From positions 1 to 29,655 of IMG/VR virus record IMGVR_UViG_3300028405_000014: DNA of 29,655 nt; one strand, given 5' to 3'. Within the stretch, counting starts at the first letter, position 1, and the number at the start of each line of letters is the position of its first letter. Origin of the DNA: a virus. Taxonomy: Duplodnaviria; Caudoviricetes. Position numbers and translations under genes: made by a program. The notes beneath the pieces were generated by a model that saw only the letters and a list, made by a program, of their open reading frames with translations, was not told the DNA's origin and made no database searches. This document shows, one piece after another, positions 16,241 to 24,900 of the stretch.

Positions 16241-16582
16241 ATGGAAAAAAATATTGGCAAAAAAATAAATTCAGATAAAGAATCAATAGATTCCATTCTT
16301 TATACAAACACTAAAAATAGGCTTTTAACTTATTCAGTTTCTTCATTCAAAGATTTGGTAAATAGATCTAGCAATGTCGAATTGGATGAATTATGTGCAA
16401 AGTTTAGGGTTTCGATTGGCCTACCGAATCAATTAAAAAGAGAAAAACTAAACAAAAGCTTTGTTTCTGAAAAATCAAAATCTAATATTGATCAATCTGA
16501 AAGCGGTGGGAACCTTTTTGACAAAGACGGTGTTTTGCCTGTTGAAAAAAGAAGGGATTTGGAAAACTGGTTGAGATCATAA
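16241..16582 (+). CDS. hypothetical protein (neck module)
   Basis: 113-aa ORF with a promoter motif, co-oriented with the structural genes. Confidence 0.7.
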   Translation: MEKNIGKKINSDKESIDSILYTNTKNRLLTYSVSSFKDLVNRSSNVELDELCAKFRVSIGLPNQLKREKLNKSFVSEKSKSNIDQSESGGNLFDKDGVLPVEKRRDLENWLRS

Positions 16583-16585
16583 ATT

Positions 16586-17035
16586 ATGTCTTTGAGCGGA
16601 TATGCAAATCAAATCTGGGAAAATGAGTTTGATTCCAACACTGGAATTTCTGAAACTTATATTTTTTACTGGTTACAAAATAATATCGGCAATCTAAATG
16701 TATTATTAAATACTGAGTTTGTGGTTAGCGGGGATAATTTTGAGCCTGTTTTTTGCGCAGAAGAAAGCGGAATTTATACCCAATACTTTTTAAAAGAATA
16801 CTACAAGAAAGAGTCTAGAAAGGTCTTACAAAATATAACCTCACCATTGGGCCAAGTTGATTGGATATCGCTTTCAGAAGGCGATACTACAATTAAAAGA
16901 AATAATAGAAATGAAGTTGCTAAAACCTTAATTCAACAAAGCAAAGACGCTGGAATAGAATTAAAAGATTTGGTTTTCCAATATAACTATTATAAAAGCG
17001 GGCCAAGACAAGTTGCTGGCGTTGATGGAAACTAA
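16586..17035 (+). CDS. putative head-tail adaptor
   Basis: 149 aa, helical, with a SLSEGDTTIK hairpin typical of adaptors; position after the capsid gene. Confidence 0.6.
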   Translation: MSLSGYANQIWENEFDSNTGISETYIFYWLQNNIGNLNVLLNTEFVVSGDNFEPVFCAEESGIYTQYFLKEYYKKESRKVLQNITSPLGQVDWISLSEGDTTIKRNNRNEVAKTLIQQSKDAGIELKDLVFQYNYYKSGPRQVAGVDGN

Positions 17036-17037
17036 TA

Positions 17038-17478
17038 ATGTCATTGTTAACTGCACAGCAAAAATCAAGTATCCAAAGCGTATTTGACAAAATTCATAAT
17101 ACGTTCAAAATACCTATTTCTATATACAAAAAAGAAAAAGTGGTATTTATAGCAACAAATGATACTTATAATGCTTTATATGATAGAGAAAGGAACTCCC
17201 CGCAACAAAGAGAACAAGTTAAAAAATATGATAAATTTGCGCGGGTTTTATATGACCAAAAGCAAGAAAAAATATTTTTAAATTCCCAAACAAATGTTGG
17301 TATACCAGATCCTTTGGGCGAAGTTAGATTAAAAGTTGATGAAGAAACTTATAATTTAATAAATGGATCAGAAAGAATCGAATTAGACGGAAGATCTTGG
17401 AATTTACATGGAGATCCAGCTAGAACTGGCCCTTTTGATTCTCAGTATTATGTTTTATATTTAAAAAGAGAGGAATAG
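17038..17478 (+). CDS. putative head closure / stopper protein
   Basis: 146-aa beta-rich protein (RIELDGRSWNL, YYVLYLKR); gene order. Confidence 0.55.
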   Translation: MSLLTAQQKSSIQSVFDKIHNTFKIPISIYKKEKVVFIATNDTYNALYDRERNSPQQREQVKKYDKFARVLYDQKQEKIFLNSQTNVGIPDPLGEVRLKVDEETYNLINGSERIELDGRSWNLHGDPARTGPFDSQYYVLYLKREE

Positions 17479-17479
17479 T

Positions 17480-18073
17480 ATGAAATACAAATTTGGAACA
17501 TTGAAAGCGACTCTCGAAAGAAATATTAATAAACAAGGCAAAGAAAAAGTTCGAGGAATGGTTGTTGGCAGAGTTAATTCTGCCCAGAAAAAAGCATTAA
17601 AAGCATTTGACGATAATCCATACACAAAAGAAATAGAGGCTGGTGCGTTTGCTAAGAGTGGGATTTTAAATACGGGAAATTTATACTCATTTCTTGGTTT
17701 TCCTTATAACCCAATTCCAACAATTAGAGCTATTTTAGAAAAAAAAACTAGGGTTTCTAAGGGGAGAAAGATAAATTCTAAAAACAGATACAGATTTATA
17801 ATTACTGGCCCACAAATAGAAGATGTTTATTCTGTCACAGACAATCAATTACCTTGGATTAGCGGAAGAAGTTGGGTCGAGATGTTAGACAAGGGAATAG
17901 GTAATTATTCTAATTATTTATTTAGCCCGGGGAAAACATTTCCAAAATCAATTTCTGGAACAGGTATACAAACAAAAACAACAAAAAGAGGCGGCAGCGA
18001 ATCAGTTCAAAGTTCTTATATAAAACAAATATTAGAAAATTATAAACAAGATATATTAAAAGCTTCATTATAA
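17480..18073 (+). CDS. putative neck / tail-completion protein
   Basis: Basic 197-aa protein with a NTGNL motif reminiscent of HK97 gp10-like proteins; gene order. Confidence 0.5.
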   Translation: MKYKFGTLKATLERNINKQGKEKVRGMVVGRVNSAQKKALKAFDDNPYTKEIEAGAFAKSGILNTGNLYSFLGFPYNPIPTIRAILEKKTRVSKGRKINSKNRYRFIITGPQIEDVYSVTDNQLPWISGRSWVEMLDKGIGNYSNYLFSPGKTFPKSISGTGIQTKTTKRGGSESVQSSYIKQILENYKQDILKASL

Positions 18074-18930
18074 TGAAAACTCAATATTCACATACAATTC
18101 CCGGTTCCATTTATTTATGGGCAGATAAGCTTTTGAACGAAAACGAAGGTTACTATGCTAAAGACACTTATATTTTTGAAAAATATTCTGGTGGAAATGG
18201 TTATACAGAATATTACGCTCCATATAAAAATTTTAAATTTAATAATGATCAAGGTTATTCATATTCAGGCATTTACATAGATGATCAATTCGTCAACTTC
18301 GGCGAATCTGGCATTATAATCGATAATGAAAAGGGTAGAGCTTTGATTCCCGATCCATTGGTTTCTTCAAACGAATCAGTTAGCGGAGAATTTTCCTCAA
18401 GAGAATTTGGTATATATTTTTCAAACGAATCAGAAAACGATTTGCTCATAAACAAAAACTTTTATTTAATAGACCAAGATCAAACATACTTTGATTATCT
18501 AAACAAGCAAGATAAATACGATTATACATATCCATCTATTTTTATTGGTTATGATGGAAATCAAAATTTTGGATTTGCTTTAGGGGGAATGAAAGACACA
18601 AAATCTTACATTAGACTTGTTGTTCTAAGCGAAAATCAATATCAATTAGATGGCGTTTTATCTGTTTTTGATGATGAATTGCATAGTTGTATAAAAAAAA
18701 TTGATTTTGACGATTTTCCCTTGGGTTTTTCAGATTCCTTGAAAACTGGCGAATATCCTTTCAATTATGGAACCTATTTTTCAGAAAGAGAAAACAACGA
18801 AAATCTATTCATCGAGTCAATAAATACTGCAAAATTAAAGGATAACACTATTATATCAAAACAAAGTGTTCCAAAATTTTATGTTGGCTTTGTGGATATA
18901 ACACTTTCTAACCCAAGAAACATAATTTAA
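18073..18930 (+). CDS. putative tail terminator / structural protein
   Basis: 285 aa with YPSIFI followed by a beta-alpha pattern; immediately before the tail tube gene. Confidence 0.5.
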   Translation: MKTQYSHTIPGSIYLWADKLLNENEGYYAKDTYIFEKYSGGNGYTEYYAPYKNFKFNNDQGYSYSGIYIDDQFVNFGESGIIIDNEKGRALIPDPLVSSNESVSGEFSSREFGIYFSNESENDLLINKNFYLIDQDQTYFDYLNKQDKYDYTYPSIFIGYDGNQNFGFALGGMKDTKSYIRLVVLSENQYQLDGVLSVFDDELHSCIKKIDFDDFPLGFSDSLKTGEYPFNYGTYFSERENNENLFIESINTAKLKDNTIISKQSVPKFYVGFVDITLSNPRNII

Positions 18931-18931
18931 T

Positions 18932-18959
18932 TTTCACAAACAAAGAAAAAAACTGTAAA
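18932..18959 (+). promoter_or_regulatory. phage late promoter motif
   Basis: TTTCAC-N16-TGTAAA, 19 nt before the tail tube ATG. Confidence 0.75.
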
Positions 18960-18978
18960 ACAAGTTAGTAAATATATT

Positions 18979-20067
18979 ATGGCTACAAGAAAAAGATTTT
19001 ATTATAATAACGCGGTTGTTTACGCTTCTTCTGGAGGTGCAACAGGCGATCACTTTAACAGCGGAACAAGCGGGGTAAACCTTCTTAGACAAATTCACAG
19101 AGCGCAAAGTGTTAGTACTGATATCACTATCAATAGACAGGATATCAATCAATTGGGTGAGCTTGCTGGTAAAAGAAAAATTATCGATCCTGCTACAGTT
19201 GGTTTCAACTTTGCTTATTATTTAACAGACGGCTCAAACGAATCAAAATTGGGATTTTCGACTGTAAATACACAAAGTTGCATAGCTGATATTATCAGAG
19301 GAACAAAAGAAGAAAAAAATTATTTCATTCTTCAAGTCGGCGAGGGTGAAGATGCAATGAAAACATCTGATTATACACCAACAGAAAGAAATGCCCATAT
19401 TGTTGCCGCTCTTGGTAATGGATTTATTAATTCTTGGGCTTTAGAGGCTTCTGTCGGCGGAATTCCAACAGTTACAATCGGAGGGGATGCTTTAAATGCC
19501 GCTTTTTATACTGGTTCTACTGATCTAGCAAGCCCAGCTATTAATCCTTCTGACGGATCTCAAATAACTGGAAAACCATTTACAATTCCATTTGCAACAA
19601 CTGGTGCTATGGTTGATTGTTTAAGACCGGGCGATATGGTTTTAAGTTTGGGCGGGAGCCTTCCTTTCGGTGGTCCAGAAATTAATACTTTGAATGTTCA
19701 AAGCATTTCTTTGAATGTCCCACTTGATAGAGAAGACCAAAATAAAATTGGAAGTAATTTTCCTAACGCAAAACTAATAACTTTTCCTTTGACTGCAACA
19801 TTGGATATTACAGCAGACGTAACAAATTTCACTACTGGTAATTTGGCTAGCATCTTTTGTGCAACAGAATCAAGAGATGTGAGCGTTACATTCAAAAAAC
19901 CATGTAATGGTCCAGTTCAATTTATATTGGAAGGAAAAGGAATGGAATTAGACAGTCAAAGTGTTTCACTTGATATTGGTTCTAATGAATCAGTCGATAT
20001 TTCATTCTCAGTTCAAATTGGTGGTCCTAATGATACTGGAAAGGGAATCTTCTTTTCTGGAATATAA
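18979..20067 (+). CDS. major tail (tube) protein
   Basis: 362 aa, S/T/G-rich beta protein with two related halves (QSVSTDITINRQDINQLG / QSISLNVPLDREDQNKIG). Has its own promoter and terminator and precedes the chaperones and tape measure. Confidence 0.75.
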   Translation: MATRKRFYYNNAVVYASSGGATGDHFNSGTSGVNLLRQIHRAQSVSTDITINRQDINQLGELAGKRKIIDPATVGFNFAYYLTDGSNESKLGFSTVNTQSCIADIIRGTKEEKNYFILQVGEGEDAMKTSDYTPTERNAHIVAALGNGFINSWALEASVGGIPTVTIGGDALNAAFYTGSTDLASPAINPSDGSQITGKPFTIPFATTGAMVDCLRPGDMVLSLGGSLPFGGPEINTLNVQSISLNVPLDREDQNKIGSNFPNAKLITFPLTATLDITADVTNFTTGNLASIFCATESRDVSVTFKKPCNGPVQFILEGKGMELDSQSVSLDIGSNESVDISFSVQIGGPNDTGKGIFFSGI

Positions 20068-20101
20068 TTAACACCAAATTGGGGAAAATAGCCACAACTT
20101 T

Positions 20102-20131
20102 AAAACCCTGCTCAAAAGGCGGGGTTTTTTT
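20102..20131 (+). terminator. rho-independent terminator
   Basis: AAAACCCTGC-TCAAAAG-GCGGGGTTTT followed by a T-run. Confidence 0.85.
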
Positions 20132-20170
20132 GTGTATTTTATTTAAATTCTTTTTATTTATAGTAAACTA

Positions 20171-20177
20171 GTGTAAA
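20171..20177 (+). promoter_or_regulatory. phage late promoter motif
   Basis: GTGTAAA 12 nt before the ATG at 20190. Confidence 0.7.
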
Positions 20178-20189
20178 AATATATAAATT

Positions 20190-21026
20190 ATGAAATTAAA
20201 AGATAAACAAATACTCCACAAGTATATTCACAGAGACTTCGAGGAAAAAGAAGTAACTGTAATAGAAAAACAAGAAGACGGTTCCGAAAAAAAAGTTTTA
20301 GAAACAAAAAAGATTCCAGTCGAAAAAGAATTTGTTTTTAAATTGCCGAATCGTTTAGAAATGGAAGATTTAGAAATGTTTTATTCTATAAAGGTCAATG
20401 AATTCGTAAAAAAGGGATTAATGACTAAAGATATGATAATGAAGCAATATCTGGATAATGGCGGAGAATTATCAGATAAAGAACAAATGGAGTATCTTGA
20501 AAAATCAAAAGAATTATTCGAGGTCCAAAACGAATATTACTTAATAGCTTCTAAAGATGAAAAAACGGAAATAGAAGAAAAAAGAGAAGAAGAACTTTTT
20601 GATAAAATTTATATTTTAAGAAGAGAGCTTGTGGCTTTTGAAGAAATCAAAAATAACATATTTAATCATACTGCTGATAATAAAGCAAGAAACAAAACTA
20701 TACTTTACTGCATTCTATTCTTTACTTATGAAAAGGGCGAAGACGAGGATTTTAAAAGCTTTTTCAAGGGAAGGGATTTTGATGGAAAACAATCTTCTTT
20801 TTATCAAATGGAAGACAATTCTTTTGAAGAAGAGGGGACTAACGAAAGCATATTATTTAAATCTATTTTCGATAGAATGAGTACTGTGGCTTTATTTTAC
20901 TTCTTGCATAATATCACAGATAGAAAAGAAATGGATGATGCCATAAACGACCTCAACAAACAAAGCGAAAGAGAAGAAGAATTCGACAACAAAGTTTCGG
21001 AAGGCATTGATAAAGAAAATGAATAA
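20190..21026 (+). CDS. putative tail assembly chaperone 1
   Basis: Acidic, helical 278-aa protein between the tube and tape measure genes. Confidence 0.6.
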   Translation: MKLKDKQILHKYIHRDFEEKEVTVIEKQEDGSEKKVLETKKIPVEKEFVFKLPNRLEMEDLEMFYSIKVNEFVKKGLMTKDMIMKQYLDNGGELSDKEQMEYLEKSKELFEVQNEYYLIASKDEKTEIEEKREEELFDKIYILRRELVAFEEIKNNIFNHTADNKARNKTILYCILFFTYEKGEDEDFKSFFKGRDFDGKQSSFYQMEDNSFEEEGTNESILFKSIFDRMSTVALFYFLHNITDRKEMDDAINDLNKQSEREEEFDNKVSEGIDKENE

Positions 21027-21934
21027 TGCATTCAAAAAAAGAAATATATTATTCTATAATGCTGTCTGAAATATGTAGCGGATATACTAAATTCAACTTC
21101 CAGAAAAAATTAATCTTCTATAAGCACCCAAATTGTTTTGATATCGCGAAGTTAAAAGAAAAATATCTGTATTTTTTAAATCGCGCTAAATCTGCTGAAA
21201 AGAAAACAAACGAAGAACTAGAAAAAGAATTTAAAGAAAACGGCCTTTGGGGGATCGAACAAGAAAAAAAAATAAAAGAAAAAAGAAATTATTTAGAGGG
21301 CTTAAAAGATAATCTTGAAAAAGCAAAAACAAAACAAGAAGAAGAAATAATAGAAAAAAATATTAAAGAAACAGATAGAGAAATTTCTCTTTTATTAAAT
21401 GAAAAGGACAAATTATTTTCTGATTCTTTGGAAAATTACGTTGAAAAAAAAGTAAAAGAATATGAGCTTTTCTATTTATGCTTTAATGATAAAAATTTTA
21501 AAGAAAGATATTTCGAAACAGAAGAAGATTTCAACTGCTTGAATATAAATGAAATAACAGAATTTAAAATAAGCGTATATTCAGAATTAAGAAGTCTTTC
21601 TGCAAAAAAAATTGAGTTATTGATATTGTCTAACTACTTTCAACCTATATTTGGAAGTAATACAAAAGAAAGTATCCCTTTTTATTTTTCTACAAAACAA
21701 GAAGATAGAACCTATTTTCAAAATATTTTTACATATTATTGGCAAATTTATAATGGTGTCATAGAAGCTGATACCCCAAATTATATAAGGGAAGACCCAA
21801 ATAAATTAATAAAATACATAAAAGCAAAAAATAATAAGGAAAAAAGGAAAATGTCGCCGAAAGACAAAGATTCTCAAGAAATGAATATAAATCAAGTTGA
21901 TTTTTCAAAAGTTAAAAATGCAAATGATTTATAA
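21026..21934 (+). CDS. putative tail assembly chaperone 2
   Basis: 302-aa coiled-coil protein with a TAATG overlap, directly before the tape measure gene. Confidence 0.55.
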   Translation: MHSKKEIYYSIMLSEICSGYTKFNFQKKLIFYKHPNCFDIAKLKEKYLYFLNRAKSAEKKTNEELEKEFKENGLWGIEQEKKIKEKRNYLEGLKDNLEKAKTKQEEEIIEKNIKETDREISLLLNEKDKLFSDSLENYVEKKVKEYELFYLCFNDKNFKERYFETEEDFNCLNINEITEFKISVYSELRSLSAKKIELLILSNYFQPIFGSNTKESIPFYFSTKQEDRTYFQNIFTYYWQIYNGVIEADTPNYIREDPNKLIKYIKAKNNKEKRKMSPKDKDSQEMNINQVDFSKVKNANDL

Positions 21935-21964
21935 TAAAAAATATTAACCTAATATAGTGTTTTG

Positions 21965-21971
21965 GTGTAAA
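21965..21971 (+). promoter_or_regulatory. phage late promoter motif
   Basis: GTGTAAA 8 nt before the tape measure ATG. Confidence 0.7.
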
Positions 21972-21979
21972 AAATAAAA

Positions 21980-24900
21980 ATGCCAAATGATATAATACTT
22001 GATACTTCTTTAAACCTGTCTTCAGCTAGTGTTGCTAGGGTTGATGCCAAGCTTAGAGGTTTGCAATCTAGGATTAATCCCATTAATCTATCTATTAATT
22101 CTAGAAAGTTTACAGAACCATTGGGTAGAATAAGTTCTAGCGTTGATGAATTTAATAAATCTCTTGATGCTTCGAACGCTCGTGTTATTGCTTTTGGGGC
22201 TTCTGTCGGTATAATTTATTCGATACAAAGAGCCTTTAAAGAATTGCTTGTTACAGTTGTAGACGTAGAACAAAGAATCGCGGATATTCAAGTTGTTTTT
22301 AACTTGCCTACGCAAAAATTAGAAGAGTTCAAAAAAGGTCTTTTTGATGTAGCTAAAAATACTGGGCAATCTTTTGCTGTTGTTAGCGAGGCCGCAACAG
22401 AATTTTCTCGTCAAGGTTTGAGCGCTGTAGAAACTTTAAAAAGAACAGAGCAAGCTTTGATATTAACAAGACTATCTGGATTAGATGCCGCCAAATCTGT
22501 TGAAACTGTTACTGCCGCAATAAACACTTTTAAAAATGAAGCTCTTGATGCAACCACGATAGTAAATAAATTCGCCGCTGTTGATGCTGCTTTTGCTGTT
22601 AGTTCTGCTGACTTGGCACAAGCTATTCAAAGATCTGCCGCCGCTGCTGAAGGGGCCAAAATATCTTTTGACCAATTGCTATCCGCGACAACAGCAATCC
22701 AAGAAAGAACCGCTCGTGGTGGTAATGTTATTGGTAACTCATTAAAAAGTATTTTTACAAGATTGCAAAGGTCTAGAGTTAGAGAAGTAATTGAGGGATT
22801 GGGGGTCGCGACTACAGAAACAAACGGAAGTCTTAGAAATGGTATAGACATTTTAAGAGATTACGCTAATATATATGATACTCTTAGCGACCAAACAAGG
22901 GCTTATACTGATGAGCAAATTGCGGGTCTTTTCCAAATTAACAACTTGAAAGCTTTGGTTTCTGACTTAAAAAATGAATTTAGTTCTTACAATGGGGCTT
23001 TAGAAAAATCTATTTCTGCAACAGATGAGGCTCAAAAAAGAAATGCGGAACTTAATAAAACAATTCAATCTTTGGGAACAATATTGCTCAACCAAATAAG
23101 AGAATTGTTTAGTAAAATAGGTGAAAGCGGATTAGGAGATTTGCTAAAAACAATAACAAAAGCCGCGATTGGTCTTTTTGGCGTTTTATCGGAAAATGCG
23201 GGGTTGATAACTAGTACTTTGGGGCCACTAATTTTAGGTGTTGGTTCTTCTTTGGCTATAAATATATTATATAAAACTGTAACTTTCATAAAACAAATTG
23301 TAACATCATTTTCTATATATGGTAAAAGGCAAGTACAAGTAAGAAATGTACAGCAACAAATAAATAATTTATTGGCTGAAAATCCAGCTTTATACAGTAA
23401 AATAATTCAATTAGAAGGAAATGTTTTAGCCCAAAGCAGATTAATTAGTTCTGAATTAGAAAAACAATTATTGGTAAGGCAAAGAATGTCTAATTTAACT
23501 CTTGGTATAGCTGGATCTGTCGCTGGGAGAAGGGTAGCTGGAGGGGGAAGAGTTGGTGGGGGTTCTAATTTTGCCGCTGGGAGAAATCCACTTGTGGAAG
23601 AATTAATTGCAATCGAAGCTGGCGTAGGCGGAGCTAGAAATTCTGCTATGCCAAAAATAATAAAAGACTTTAATTACAGTAAAAATAAAAAAGGTACTGC
23701 TGTTGTCAATACTGACGAATATATAGTTAAAAATTATAAGGGGACTGGGGCTGATGCTGTTTTCAATAGAGACATGATCAGAAAAATGGGTTTCCCGATT
23801 GGTGCAAAAAAGGTTAATTTTGGTTTTGGTAATATGTCTAATATTGTTGAAAATATGGCTGGTGGATTTTTAAATTCTAATGACGTAGAAAGAATAATAG
23901 AAAAAGAAAAAGTGGGTCAAACATTAACTAAAGGCGAGATATCAAAATTAAATAATTCTGTATCGACAAATGGAAATTTTTACAAAAATCTCCCAACAAA
24001 TACAAGGCAAGCTTTATCTAGAATAAATAATAATTATTCTGAAAAATTTAGACAAAATTTGCCATTTGGTCCAACTGGCGGTGAAAATAGACCCGTAAAA
24101 GGGGGTTTTAACCCGCTTGTTTCTGGCGAGACTAGAAGATCTGAAGCCCGAGGAATATTATTAAAAAGAAAGAGAGCAAAAGATAAAAAAGATAGGGGAG
24201 AACAAATAAGAAGATCTACAAGAACAAAAGTATTAGGGAATATAGGAATAACTAGATTGGGCACGAGAACATCTGGTGATGAACAAATATCAAGATCGAG
24301 GGAAAGGTTGTCTGGCGGAGGCTTTAATAATTTTAGCCAAAGATCTGATGAAAATTTTAAAAATTATAACGTAAAACGGGCTACAGGCAGAATAGAATCA
24401 AATCTTGGAAAATTTGATCCAAATTCTGAATCAATATCTAATATTTTAAAAGGAAATATAAGTCTTGAAGATGAAAGCAAATTAAAAGCTGACCCTAAAT
24501 TTTTAAGAGAATTAACTGGAAGAACACAATCTTTAAAAAACACCCAAGAAGAAAGATCTTTAAACGCATCAAGTTTATCAACAGTAAAATTACAAAGAAA
24601 ATTAAAACAAGCAGAAATAGATGATTTTAATGAATCTAAAGCTTTCGGCAAAAAGATAACTAATGTAGCAGAAATAAAAAATAAAGAAAATATCAAAGAT
24701 TTAAATGCGCTTCAAGAAAAAGAAATAAGTTTAAAAAAAGAAGGAAATAAATTACTATCTGTAGAAAGAAGACAAAGAGAAAGCCTAAATAGATCAATCC
24801 CAAAAACACAAAAATTGTTGTCGCAAGGTTTTATAAAAAGAAATGTTAAAAAGGGGGCTGGAGCCGTTTCTAATTTTGTTACTGGAAGAAATCTAAATGA

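Noticed and set aside
21000-21030. Programmed -1 frameshift joining the two tail chaperones (lambda G/GT type)
   Set aside because: There is no slippery heptamer, and the second ORF's frame has a TGA at 21020-21022 just before its ATG. The genes are coupled by TAATG instead.
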